Below, one piece after another: positions 42,722-54,552 of a stretch of DNA of 64,000 bases. A model generated the notes under the pieces. The model saw nothing but the letters and a program-made list of their open reading frames with translations. It was not told where the DNA came from and searched no databases. This DNA is from an uncultured delta proteobacterium (GTDB lineage Bacteria > Desulfobacterota > Desulfomonilia > UBA1062). The translations under genes were made by a program, and so were the position numbers. Each line of letters begins with the position of its first letter. Position 1 is the first letter of the stretch. The stretch lies in the NCBI GenBank assembly GCA_963752595.1, contig CAVVYZ010000006.1, positions 11,756 to 75,755 on the forward strand. Direction: 5' to 3'.

Positions 42722-43123
42722 CTATTCTATTGTGATCCGCTTGATAAGTTTCGCCTTGTTTTCCGAACGGGCGATCCTGATGATCAGGATACCATCAGAG
42801 AATCCGGCATCCACCTTCTCCAGATCGAATATTTCGGGAATATCCATTTCCCGTCTGAATTTTCCAAATCCCCTCTCCATTCTAATGTAACGAACACCTT
42901 TGTTCACTAAAGGATCACGCTTCATGCCGGCAATGACCAGGGTCCTGCCGACGACTTCAACATTCACTTCATCAGGGTTGACTCCCGGAATTTCGAGCTC
43001 GATGCACAGTGCATCAGCGTTCTCGTACACATCCAGCGAAGGATAGCAGACACCGAGCCTGTCTTCACTGTTCTCCGGTCCGAGCAGAAACCCCACCATT
43101 TCCTGGAATTTCAGATTGAACAT
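42722..43123 (-). CDS. Hsp20 small heat-shock protein
   Basis: P.LDVYE, ELEIPGV, ER.FG.F.R, A.F.DGIL.I. Confidence 0.9.
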   Translation of the reverse strand: MFNLKFQEMVGFLLGPENSEDRLGVCYPSLDVYENADALCIELEIPGVNPDEVNVEVVGRTLVIAGMKRDPLVNKGVRYIRMERGFGKFRREMDIPEIFDLEKVDAGFSDGILIIRIARSENKAKLIKRITIE

Positions 43124-43326
43124 AGGTCCTTCCCTTATAATGTATTACACACTTAGTACCTTTATAGGATCAGGTCACATTAAGTCAAGGCCTCATGAAT
43201 CAAGGATACTGTTCAGTTCATCGGCCGCCAATCTCTGAAAAGTTAACACTTTTTTTCGGGTCTTGCAAACCGGGTGTGTTCACTGTCCGATGCGCCGGGA
43301 AAAGGCGACTCCTCCGGAGCATTTTG

Positions 43327-44337
43327 TCAGCATATCCTCGGGATCAGCTCGCCCACGGGCATGTCGATCTCGCGGGAGCCGCCTACTGCGGTATGGAGGA
43401 TCACCCTCTTTTCTCCCAATTCCGTGACTTCCCCGATAATGGATGCATCATGACCGTATATATGACTCTTCATGAACGAGAGGACATCGGAAGCGTCTTC
43501 CCGCGCACAGATCACCACCATTTTCCCCTCATTAGCTATGTAAAGCGGGTCCATGCCGAGGATCTCGCACAGCCCTCTCACCTCATCCTTAACCGGAATG
43601 TCCTTCTCCCGGATTTCTATGCGAACCGCTGCTCCTTTAGCAATCTCGGACAGGATGGAACCCAGCCCTCCCCGCGTTGCATCGCGCATGAAATGGATGC
43701 GTGAGCTTGTTTTCAGGATCCCTTCCACGAGCCCGCCCAGGGATGCGCAGTCCGATGTAAGCGTGGAAGACAATCCCAAGCCTTCGCGTGTGCTCAAGAT
43801 CGCAGCGCCGTGGTCGCCGATGGTCCCGTTCAGGATGATCACATCCCCCTTCTCGATGCTCCGCAGGGATATCTCGCCCTCATAATCGATGATGCCCACG
43901 CAAGAAGTATTTATGAAGATCTTGTCCGCCGAGCCCCGTGCAACCACCTTGGTGTCTCCGGTCACGATCTTTACGCCTGCAGCATCTGCCGTATCGGCCA
44001 TGGACCGGATGATGGTCTCCAGATCGCTCATCTTAAAGCCCTCTTCCAGGATAAAACCTGCGCTCATGAACAGCGGCTTGCCTCCGGAGACGGCGATGTC
44101 ATTGACTGTCCCGTGTACCGAGAGAGATCCGATATTCCCTCCGGGGAAAAAGACGGGGTTGATCACGTAGGAATCCGTGGTAAAACACAGGCGCTTTCCC
44201 CCGAGATCAAACACCGCGCTGTCTCCCAGTACCTCCAGATACGTGTTTCCAAGGTACGGAAGAAACTTGCATTCAATGAGGTCGCTCGTAAGCCTTCCTC
44301 CGCTTCCGTGTGCAAGGAGAATCTCTTCATACTTCAT
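43327..44337 (-). CDS. hypE: Hydrogenase maturation protein HypE
   Basis: HGSGG, TTDSYV..P.FFPGG.IG, MRDATRGG, C-terminal PRIC. Confidence 0.96.
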   Translation of the reverse strand: MKYEEILLAHGSGGRLTSDLIECKFLPYLGNTYLEVLGDSAVFDLGGKRLCFTTDSYVINPVFFPGGNIGSLSVHGTVNDIAVSGGKPLFMSAGFILEEGFKMSDLETIIRSMADTADAAGVKIVTGDTKVVARGSADKIFINTSCVGIIDYEGEISLRSIEKGDVIILNGTIGDHGAAILSTREGLGLSSTLTSDCASLGGLVEGILKTSSRIHFMRDATRGGLGSILSEIAKGAAVRIEIREKDIPVKDEVRGLCEILGMDPLYIANEGKMVVICAREDASDVLSFMKSHIYGHDASIIGEVTELGEKRVILHTAVGGSREIDMPVGELIPRIC

Positions 44338-44439
44338 GCCGTTTACCTTCAAGCATAATTTTCTTGTCTTTTATATTGTTGCGATTGCAATTACAAAGCA
44401 GTTTTTCCAAAAATCCTTGCTGACTCCAAAAATCCTGCT

Positions 44440-46710
44440 CTACCCGGCCACGGTCCCGGCAACAAGCACCTGGCCGAGCGAAATGCCTCCGTCGTTGGTA
44501 GGAACAAGGTGATGGGTGTAGACATCGAATCCCTTGAGATCCAGCTCGGTGATGCACCCATAGAGGAGCAGCCTGTTCTGGAAGCACCCCCCGGAGAGGA
44601 CCACGCGGTTCAAGCCCGTGGCATCCCGTATCTCCTGGGCGACCTTCACGAATGACTGCACGAGGGTCGCATGGAAGGCGCCTGCGAGGTCGCTGACCCG
44701 CCTTCCCCTGATACGGTCCTCTACCAGCCTTCTGATGGCAGGGTAAAAGTCCAGGATGATCTCCCTGTCCATGAGTATGTCATAGGGAAGGGCTTTGGAT
44801 GATGCACGGGCGCACGCTTCGAGCTCCATGGCCGCCTGGCCCTCATAGCTCACCTGGCGCCGTATGCCCAGCAGGCAGGAGACTGCATCGAATACCCTGC
44901 CCAGGCTGGAGGTGAATACGGTCTGTATCTTCTGGCGCACGACAGCCTCCATCGATTCATAGGGAATATGCTCCGGAAGGATATGGAGGGCTTCCGCCAT
45001 GCGGCTCCAATCGTCTTCGAAACATTCCATGAGCAGCGCTGCGGCCACCCTCCAGGGCTGCTTTACCGCTGCATCACCGCCGGGCAGCGGGAAATATCTG
45101 ATGTGTCCGGCCCGCTGGAAGTCCGCTTCATCCGCCACGAGGAACTCGCCGCCCCAGATGCGCCTGTCCAGCCCGTAGCCCGTCCCGTCCATGGCAAGGC
45201 CGATGACGTCGCCCGTGATCCTGTTCTCTGCCATGCAGCTCGCAATGTGGGCATGGTGGTGCTGGACCTGGACCACCCGCCTCTCCATCTGGGAGGCTAC
45301 CCGCGTGGAATAGTAATCCGGGTGCATATCGCAGGCAACGATATCCGGGTCGCACTGGAAGATGTGCCGTAAGGTCGCAATGCTCTCGTGAAAGAAATCC
45401 CTGGCCAGGGGTGTCTCCAGATCGCCGATATGCGGGCTCAAGAAGGCGAAATCGCCTTTCAGGATGCAGACGGTGGACTTGAGATGAGCGCCGAGCGCCA
45501 AGTACGGACGGATACTGCTTCAGAAGCGCCAGAGGCTTCGGGGCATAGCCCCGGGAGCGCCTCAGGAGCCGCTGCGCGCCATGCGCGACCATGGTGATGG
45601 AGTCGTCGCACCTCACCAGGATGTCCCGGTTGTGAAAAAGAAAAAAATCGGCAATGCCTTTCAAGCCTTTTCACGGCTTCATCGTTGCCGATGCAGATGG
45701 GTTCGTCCGTCTGGTTTGCGCTCGTCATGACCAGTGCCGTGAAACCTCCCTGAATCAGGATATGGTGTACCGGCGTATAGGGGAGCATGATGCCGAGGCC
45801 GGCCATGCCCGGCGCCACGAGGGAAGATATGGAGCTGCCCTTTTTCTTCTTCACGAGCACGATGGGCCGTCGGCGGTGGCCAGGAGCCTTCTCCTCCTCG
45901 GAGTTTATCTCTGCGAGCGCCCGTGCCCGGTCGATGTCTTTGCACCATGATGGCAAGCGGCTTTTCCTCCCGGTACTTCCGTTTTCTCAGCCTGCTCAAT
46001 GCTTCCGAGTTCGCTGCATCCGCACAGAGATGGAAGCCGCCGAGCCCCTTGACGGCAACGATGATCCCTGCCTTGAGGAGCTCGATGGTCTTTTCAAGGG
46101 GTCCGGGCAACGATCCGTGATCCTTTCCCATCGGCCAGCCAGAGTTCAGGACCGCACGCCGGGCATGCATTGGGCTCGGCATGGAACCGCCTGTTGCCCG
46201 GGTCTTCATATTCCTCCCGGCATTTCTCGCACAGAGGGAAAACGGCCATGGAGGTGTTTATCCGGTCATAGGGGATGTCCCGTGATGATGGTGAGCCTGG
46301 GGCCGCAGTTCGGTGCAGTTGATAAAAGGATAGCGGTAGCGCCGGTCGCGGGATCGAAGAGCTCCTGCAGGCACTCATCGCAGGTGGCGATGTCCGGTGA
46401 GATGTGAACATCCGGCCTGCCCGTGATCAGAGCTCGCCATGATCCGGAACAGACTTCTTCCCTGACGGGTTCGGCATCTCCTTGTAGACATTCGTAGATT
46501 TCGGCAAGGGGCGGCAGTTCTGGCCGACTTCCCGGTACATGAATGCCTCGATGGCCTTACCGCTGCCCCTGCGATCTCGACGAACACGCCTTCGGAGCGG
46601 TTCTGCACAAAGCCGGCGAGCCCATGGGCAACGGCCAGGCGGTAGATGAACGGCCGGAAGCCCACCCCCTGGACGATCCCGGAAAATCGGAGACGAGTCC
46701 TTTTGATCAC
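44440..46710 (-). CDS. hypF: Carbamoyltransferase HypF (frameshifts)
   Basis: [52 protein letters not shown]. Confidence 0.92.
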
Positions 46711-46713
46711 ACG

Positions 46714-47382
46714 TTACTTTTCTTGAATTCCTCGATCTGTGCTGCAATCCACGCGAACCATCCTTCAAGACCATCGCCGGTCTTGCAGGACACCTCGAAG
46801 ATCTTAAGATCCTGATTGATGACTCGAGGGCATCCGCCCTGGCCTTTTCCAGATCGAAATCCACATACGGCATAAGGTCCATCTTGTTGATGAGCAGCAC
46901 CGAAGATTCATGGAACATGAGCGGATACTTGGATGGCTTGTCCGCCCCTTCGGGGGTGGAAAGGATCATGATCTTGGCATTTTCGCCGATCTTGAACTCG
47001 GCCGGGCACACGAGGTTTCCCACGTTCTCGTTGATGAGCAGGTCCATCGCGTCGAGATCGAGGTCGGCCAGGGCTTCCCGGACCATGTTCGGCGTCGATG
47101 TGGCAGCCGCCGCCGGTATTGATCTGGACCACAGGGATATCCAGAGCCGGCGATCCGGTCCGCATCATAGGTATCCTGGATATCGCCTTCGATCACGCCG
47201 ATCCGGTATTCTGTCCCTGCAGCGCCCAGATGGTCTTCTCCACCAGGGTGGTCTTGCCCGCGCCCGGGCGAGCTCATGAGGTTGATCACGAAGATGCCTT
47301 TTCTGTCGAACAGCTTCCGGTTCTCGTTCGCTATCCGGTCATTGGCATCGAGGACCTGTTTCACCACACTGATCTTAGCCAT
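46714..47382 (-). CDS. hypB: Nickel GTPase HypB (frameshifts)
   Basis: NLMSSPG.GKT, IEGD, QINTGGGCH, ENVGNLVCPA, DKP.KYP. Confidence 0.92.
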
Positions 47383-47395
47383 GGTTCTACCTCCG

Positions 47396-48497
47396 TCAGT
47401 GGCACTTGTAATAAGTGGAGCAGGTCCCCTCCTGGGAAACCATGCAGGGGCCGACGGGATTTCTGCGGCGTGCATGCACTTCCTGAACAGCGGGCATTCG
47501 AGGGGACTCGACCATGCCCTTGAGGATCTCGCCGCACCTGCAGCCCTTGTCTTCGCTGATGCGAAATCGGGGATCATCGAACCGGGGCTGGCGCGTCGAA
47601 ATCCCGGTATTCCTCCCGGAAAATCAGCCCGCTCCCTTCTATGACGCCCGATCCCCCGCCACTCGGCACGGGCCGGCATGAAGACCTCATCCAGCAGGGC
47701 CATGGCCTTGGCGTTGCCCTGCAGGGCTCACCCCCCGGCAGTACTGGTTCTCGATGGAAAATTCATGCCCGGCAATCTGGTCGAGGATCATGAGGATGCC
47801 CTCGAGGATATCCACGGGCTCGAACCCGGTGATGACCGCTGCCTTGCCCTGCTCCGGGATGGCTGCGTAAGCGCCGAAGCCGATGATGGTGCTCACGTGG
47901 CCGGGGCACAAGAAAGCCGTCCACGGCAAGCCCGGGTCGTCCAGCAGGGCCTTGATGGCCGGTGGAATGACCTTGTGCACCGAAAACACGGAAAGGTTTT
48001 CAATGCCCTTTTCTCTGCACGTCTTGACCATGGAGGCGATGGTGGGAGAGGTCGTCTCGAACCCGATGCCCATGAACACGACCTCCCTGTCGGGGTTGGT
48101 CCTGGCAATCTCGATGCGTGTCCGGGGCGGAGGAAACCACCCGCACGTCGGCGCCCTGCGGCCCGGACCTTCTGGAGGCTGTTACCGTCGGTACCGGGGA
48201 CTCGGAGCATGTCTCCGAAGGTGGCGAAGATGACGCTCTTTGATGCCTGCAAGGTAGAGCGCCACATCGACATCCCGGCCCGAGGTGACGCAGACCGGGC
48301 AGCCCGGTCCGGAAATGAGCCTGACGGATTCCGGCAGGAGCAGGACCTGATCCCGTTATGTCCTATGGCATAGGTGTGGCTGCCGCAGACTTCCATGATG
48401 GTTACCGGGCGGTTGCTATCCTTGGCCCGGGCTTTGATTGCTGCAACCAGCGTGCTGCGATATCTGGGTCGCGGTACTCGTCAATGAATCATTTCAT
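47396..48497 (-). CDS. hypD: HypD (frameshifts)
   Basis: MEVCGSHT, GPGCPVC, GFETT.P, PGHVS, GFEP.D. Confidence 0.92.
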
Positions 48498-48718
48498 TGC
48501 TCTCCAGCAGTTCTTTCAGCAGGTCGAGCTTTTCCTTGGCCAGTGCTTCATCCACCTGGTGGATGGCATAACCGGCATGGCAGATGACGTAATCGCCGAT
48601 GCACCACCGGTTCGTCAATGATGTCCAGGCATGACCTCCCGCTTGGTGCCGCCGATATCGATGACGGCATGGTTATTTCATCGATGGATAAGATCTTTCC
48701 GGGAAATCCGATGCACAT
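48494..48718 (-). CDS. hypC: HypC (frameshifts)
   Basis: MCIGFPG start; YVI.HAGYAI..VDE. Confidence 0.85.
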
Positions 48719-48757
48719 TTGTTTATTCCTTGTTACAGCTGTTCTCCTGAATCCGGA

Positions 48758-49108
48758 CTAGTCCACATCCATTTCCAGGAGCTTCAGCTCCTCTGTACCC
48801 TGCCGTCAGGATCACTTCACTCGACCCGCATCCAGGCACGGACAGGGGGAAGGATAGTCCCACAATCGATTCCTGGTCGCAGTCCAGACAGCTGATGACA
48901 ATGGGCTGTATCATCGAACTCGAGGCTCGCCCCCTGGGCAGGCGTATTCCTGGACAGCACCTCGAAGGCAAATCTCAGCGCCTTCGGCTCGATGCCGCGA
49001 GCGCCCCGAAGGAGAGCGTCAACGCTATTCACCCGCGAGAAGGGATGCTTGCACAGCATAATCCTGTACGATATCGATGATGGAGCCGACGAGCGACATC
49101 TCATGCAT
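48758..49108 (-). CDS. hypA: HypA (frameshifts)
   Basis: MHEMSL start; EP.ALRFAFEV....PA.GA.L, C.DC, CGS. Confidence 0.85.
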
Positions 49109-49615
49109 CAGGTCATCTCTTGCACATTCACTTTGAGCCTTTCAAGCTCTTTTAGAAGGAGCGTTTCCATCTTGTTGAAGGAAGCGTTCATCAGGGGCGT
49201 CATCTCCAGCTCCATTGCCACCATAACTCTCGGGCACGATACAGAGGAATACCACCTCCGGGCATTCGTCCATGAGCTCGGCCATGGAGAGCACATCGGG
49301 AAACTCCACCTCATGGGCCGTGGTGGGGTCGGGCATCCTGAGCTCCATTTCCTCTCGGTTGAAGCGGTACATAGCTCCCGGCTCTTCATCCATCTTGATG
49401 ACATCGATGACAATGAGATGACTCGAGCTGGTGACCGTATCCAGGAGCCGGTATCCCAGCGTGCCCCCATCCAGGATCGCGCACGTCATCAGTCCACCCG
49501 GTATTTCGCCGGCAAACCAGTTGACGAAGTGGACCCCGAACCCTTCGTCCCGGAGCAGGATATTGCCGAGTCCCAATACGGTTATCTTCTTCTTTTCCTG
49601 TATATCAATCATCAT
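49108..49615 (-). CDS. Hydrogenase maturation endopeptidase (late frameshift)
   Basis: LGLGNILL.DEGFGV, DGGT.G, TAHE. Confidence 0.9.
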
Positions 49616-49629
49616 AGCATGGTGCACAA

Positions 49630-49659
49630 AGAGGGGAAAGGTTTCGCCTTTCCCCCTCT
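49630..49659. other. GC-rich hairpin between the cytochrome b and protease genes
   Basis: AGAGGGGAAAGG-TTTCG-CCTTTCCCCCTCT (near-perfect stem); possibly an mRNA stability or attenuation element. Confidence 0.5.
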
Positions 49660-49700
49660 TATCTAACAAACCATGGGGTGGATTGCACCCCTGATTACGG

Positions 49701-50383
49701 TTAATCGTGCGGCTTCCGGAAAACCCTTCCGCTCACCATGGATGAGATGGTGCCTTCCTTGAACACGACGTCATACCAGAACGCCATGTAGACATGCACG
49801 ACCACGAACAGGATGACGAGCCAGGTGAACATGTGATGGATGAACCGGATCGTTTGCCAGCCCGCCGAGGATATTCTGCAGCGGCATGACAGCAGCCAGT
49901 AGGACGGTCCCGATGAAGCCGCTGCTGTAATCCACCCCGGAAGAATCAGCCCGGTGACCACCAGCACCAGCAGCATGAGCATCAGCCCGCCATAGGCGAG
50001 CGACTGCAGCGGGCCGTAGAGGTATTTATGCTCCGGGCTTCTTCTCCGATATCAGCAGGTAGAACTTGATCTGGGTCCAGAAGTTCTTGATATCGGTCCA
50101 GGCGAAGAAATCCTTCCAGTCGGCATGGAACCGGGAGAAGAACATGAGGTAGATCCTCCAGATGAACATAAAGATGAGGATGATCCCGAAGAGCATATGC
50201 ACAAAGCGGGTATATGCCCATCAGGAACTTATCGATCGGTTCTCGCCCTGCAGATGCCACGGTGAAAAGGGTCTGTGCGATATAGAAACCGGTGATGATC
50301 AGGACAGGATGGAGATGACCATCAGCCAGTGATTGACCCTGATTGCCAGGCTCCATTCTTTTATTGCGTAATCTCGTATCCAC
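49701..50383 (-). CDS. Ni/Fe-hydrogenase b-type cytochrome subunit (frameshifts)
   Basis: RVNHW, ITGFYI, RFVH, YGPLQ, RFIHH, HVYMA, ISSMVSG. Confidence 0.88.
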
Positions 50384-50401
50384 GTCAGCCCTCCTTATCG
50401 C

Positions 50402-52077
50402 TTACAGAACCTTGAATTTCTTGATCTCGTCCGTATCGGGTCTGATGATGTGCACGGCGCAGGCCATGCAGGGGTCAAAGGAGTGAATCGTCCTGATGAT
50501 CTCAAGCGGCTGGTCCGCATTGGCAAGCTTGGTGCCGATGAGGGATTCCTCGTAGGGTCCCCGCTTGCCGTCCTTGTTGCGCGGCGAGCTGTTCCAGGTG
50601 GAGGGAACGATGGCCTGGTAGTTGGCGATCACGTGGTCTTCGATATTGATCCAGTGGCCCAGGGCGCCGCGGGCACTTCGGTCATGCCGCGGCCCTTGCC
50701 CTGCTTTGGGCACGTCGCAGCGGGTCCAGGTCGTGGTATCGCCGGCCTTGATGTTGGCGATGAGCTCATTGATCCAGCGCTCGGTATAGTCGGCCACCAG
50801 CTTGGTCTCGAGGGCGCGGGCAGCGGTCCTTCCCAGGGTGGAGAAGAGGACGGTGACCGGCAGACCTGTTGCCTTCAGGGTGTTGTCCACCAGCGCCTTG
50901 ATCTTCTTGTGGCCCTGGGCATAGCCGACGATGAACCGGGCAAGCGGGCCCGACTTCTAAGGGTTCCCCGTCATAGCGCGGGGCCTTGCCCCAGGTGTAT
51001 TTCTCATCGCCCTTGACATTGCCGTTCGCGTCATAGCCCGTATATTCGGGCTCGGTTTTGCCCTCATAGGGATGCAGCGGCTCTATCACCCTTGTACCAG
51101 GAATGGGTGACTTCTTCGGCGATCTTGTTCTCGTCAAGGGCCAGCGGCTTCGAAATATCGCCGTTCTTGACCACGCCCCTGGGCAGCAGGGTCTTGTTCC
51201 AGTCGTCATCCAGCGGGAACCCGCCGTAGGCCAGATAATTCTTCACGCCGCCGCCGATGCCGGCCAGGCCTTCATCCTTGTAGAGGCTGCAGCAGGAGGA
51301 CGTCGGGCAGATATGCGGTCTCGATGAAATTCTTGAGTTCATTGAACCGGAAGAGGTATTCGCCGATGCGGCTGGCGTCAAGCATGTCCATGACGCAGGT
51401 GATGCCGCCCACCACCAGGGTCTGCGGATGGGGGTTCTTGCCGCCGAAAATGGCCATCATCTGTGCGCCGAGCTTGGAGACCTGCAAGGGCATCGAGGTA
51501 ATGGGACATGATGACGAGATTTGCCTCGGGCGACAGCTTGAAGGAAGGATTGCCCCAGTAGGCATTGGCAAAGGGTCCGAGCCTGCCGGACTCGACGAAC
51601 TTTTTCAGCCGCTTCTGTACGGCCTTGTAGTGGGTCTCGGAGCAGTTGTAGGGGTTGTCGCTGTACGCTCTTGGCAAGCTCCACGGCCTTTTTCGGGTCG
51701 GCTGACAGGGCCTGATGATATCCACCCAGTCGAGCCCATGCAGATGATAGAAGTGCATGACGTGGTCGGTCATGTACTGGGCTGCATTGATGAGGTTTCG
51801 CACGAGCCGCGCATTGGCCGGCGGCCTTGACGCCGAAGGCGTCTTCGCAGGCAAGGATGCTCGCCTCGTAGTGCGAATAGGTGCACACGCCGCAGAAGCG
51901 CTGGACCATGAGGCGGCGCATCCCGCGGGTCGCGGCCCTTCACGATGGTCTCGATGCCGCGCCACAGCGTGATGCTGCTCCAGGCATCCTTGATGGTATT
52001 GTTGTTGTCGAGTTCGACTTCGATACGCAGATGGCCTTCGATTCTGGTGATCGGATCAACGATGATTCTCTTGCCAT
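50402..52077 (-). CDS. [NiFe] hydrogenase large subunit, group 1 (1b-like; frameshifts)
   Basis: [49 protein letters not shown] plus a cleavable tail. Confidence 0.93.
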
Positions 52078-52090
52078 ACGTTTTCCTCCG

Positions 52091-53324
52091 TCATATCCGG
52101 CTATTCGTGCGATCCGTGCTCAGTCTCGGACTTCTTCGGCTGGCCATGAGCCTTTGACCGCCGGTGAGACCAGCGTGGGCGGCAATGCCGGCAACGGTGG
52201 CGCCAGCCAGTGCAGCACCGAGCGCGTCTATCCTTGCCGTTACACCCCAGCCGCCGACCGTTTTTTCGGCGATCGGCTTTTCCAGTGGCGCCATGCTGTC
52301 CCAGAACGCCGGGCTCGGTGCAGCCCATGCAGCCGTGGCCTGCCATGATCGGCCAGGACATGCCGTCGTTGAACCGGACCTTCGCGCAGTTGGCATAGGT
52401 GTAGGGGCCCTTGCAGCCCATTTTGTACAGGCACCAGCCCTTCTTGGCGCCGTCATCGCCCCATTCTTCCACGTATTCGCCGGCATCATAATGCGGCCTG
52501 CGCTCGCAGTAGTCATGGATGCGCTTGCCGTATGCCCAGACGGCCTGCCCAGGTGAATCCAGGGCGGCAAGGCCGCCGAACATGAGGTAGTGCAGGAGGG
52601 TTCCGACGAAGTTCTGCCGGGTTGGGCGGGCAGCCCGGCGATATTCACGGTTTTGATGCCGCAGGGCATCGCCGACGCCCTGGCGTCGGTCGGGTTGGGC
52701 TTGGCAGCCTGGATATTGCCGAAGCAGGAGCAGCTGCCGATGCAGATGGTTGCCGCAGCCTTCGACGGTAACCTCTTTCGCGATCTCCAGGCCGGTCTTG
52801 CCCTTGGGCCCCAGGCGTCAGATACTGGCCGTTCATGGCCCATGGGGATGGCGCCTTCGATGACGCAGACGAACTTGCCGGGGAAATCCTTCAGGGCACT
52901 TTTCCAGGCACTCTTCAGCCTGGTAGCCTGCGGCTGCCATGATGGTTTCATGATATTCAAGAGAAATGGTGTCGAGCAGGATGTCATCGACATTCGGGTA
53001 CGAGGTGCGCAGGAAGGCCTCGCTGCAGCCCGTGCATTCGGCCAAGTGGAGCCAGACGACCGGCAGGCGGCTGAAGTTCTCGGCCGCCCGTGCCACCAGG
53101 GGCTTGAACATGGGCGGCAGCATGAGGGCCGCGGTCATCGCGGAGGTCCACTTGAGGAACTCCCTTCTGGTTACGCCCCGATCTTTGAGGACCTCTTTGA
53201 AATCCTCCCGGGCCTGGGGTAACTCCTTGTCCATGCGATCCATGTTAGCCTGGCACTGTTCCATCAACTGACGGTAGTGCACTTCAACGTTCTTTTTGAA
53301 ATCGTCATCGGATTTCTTTGCCAT
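52091..53324 (-). CDS. [NiFe] hydrogenase small subunit with Tat signal and C-terminal anchor (frameshifts)
   Basis: TRREFLKW, ECTGCSE, CLYKMGCKGP.T..NC, GHGC.GC.EP.FWD, GIAAHA. Confidence 0.93.
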
Positions 53325-53650
53325 AACCCCCCCCTCGTCTCTGTTCATTTTCTGCATACCTGCCCGGAGATACCTGTTCTCCAGTCATGGCTTCTCGCTC
53401 GTGCTACATAGGTCAATATCTTATATATAATTACTGTTAATCCTTACTCGCTATTAGTATATATATTTTAACATAATTAATTATTTATTGATATAGATTG
53501 TTATAACTTCGGTCAAGAAATTTTCAATTTTATTACCTATTTGTAAAGATATCTCCCCGTGCTGTTTTAAAGCTCCTTCTGCTCATCATTTTCCCAGATT
53601 GTAAAACGAACCGCTCCTTCTTTGATATTCCCTTACATCACCGGCACTTA

Positions 53651-53890
53651 GTGGCACAATTCCCTTCCATGCCAAGGGACGGGTGCGCGTGGAAGGCACG
53701 TCCATGGTCGACGCGCAAATCCATCCTGGTGATATCCTCATCGCTGACGGAGATAACCGAGAACATGATCGTGGAGATCTGTGGCGTGGTCACGCATATA
53801 ACCCGTGAAGCCTTTTTTTTGAAATGGGCTGATATCAAACTCAAAGCCTGCACTCTTGAATGGTTAATCGTCAATACCTATGTCCTCTGA
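53651..53890 (+). CDS. Small hypothetical protein
   Basis: 79-aa ORF with coding-like composition between AT-rich spacers; no motif recognised. Confidence 0.25.
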   Translation: MAQFPSMPRDGCAWKARPWSTRKSILVISSSLTEITENMIVEICGVVTHITREAFFLKWADIKLKACTLEWLIVNTYVL

Positions 53891-54102
53891 TAGGCTGATT
53901 GAGAAACATAACCCGATTCATATTATAATATAGATAAGAGTAAAGTCGATGCTCCGCAAACCGGGTTCAATTCACTGACAGGAATAAAAAAAAGCTCTTG
54001 GACAAATCTCATGCGGGGGGGCTTATGTAGATGAGACATCCAAGGCAGGAAACCATCAGAAGAGTCAATTCGTACTCTTTACTAAAGAAAGGAGAAAAAA
54101 CA

Positions 54103-54300
54103 ATGGCTATCAGAGGAAGTGCTGCTGAATTGGAAAAGTTTCTCAAGGGAATGAATTACCCTGCGAGTAAGGATGATCTGATAAGCAAAGCCCATGCTAA
54201 CGGTGCCCCGGATGAAGTGATTGACATGATTAACAGTTTATCCGAAAGCAGCTTCAATTCACCGGTAGATGTAGCGAAGGCTTTTGGTGAATCTCATTAA
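54103..54300 (+). CDS. DUF2795 domain protein
   Basis: L.KFLKG.NYPA.K.DL...A..NGA; AAGGAG RBS. Confidence 0.85.
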   Translation: MAIRGSAAELEKFLKGMNYPASKDDLISKAHANGAPDEVIDMINSLSESSFNSPVDVAKAFGESH

Positions 54301-54318
54301 GTAAGCACCGTATCGAGG

Positions 54319-54356
54319 GTATCGGCTCTTGTGAACCGATACCCTTTCATTTTTTG
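54319..54356 (+). terminator. Rho-independent terminator
   Basis: AGGGTATCGG...CCGATACCCT followed by a T-rich tract. Confidence 0.75.
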
Positions 54357-54552
54357 CGTTTCCCTCGTACTGTTCGTGTGGAAATCCCTTTTGCCGCCGC
54401 GATAATTATACTTCGGACAACAGAGAATTTGAGAATGTGTTTGTGCCCGCTACTATTTTCCTTAGTGAAGCCCCCGGCAAATCCTGATCGAACAAGGCGT
54501 GAGCCATGACCAATACCATAAAGGGGAAAATTACCTGAGAGAGGGAAAGCAT

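Noticed and set aside
50450-50480. Selenocysteine ([NiFeSe]) hydrogenase
   Set aside because: The motif reads GAC CCC TGC ATG GCC TGC (DPCMAC); there is no TGA codon.
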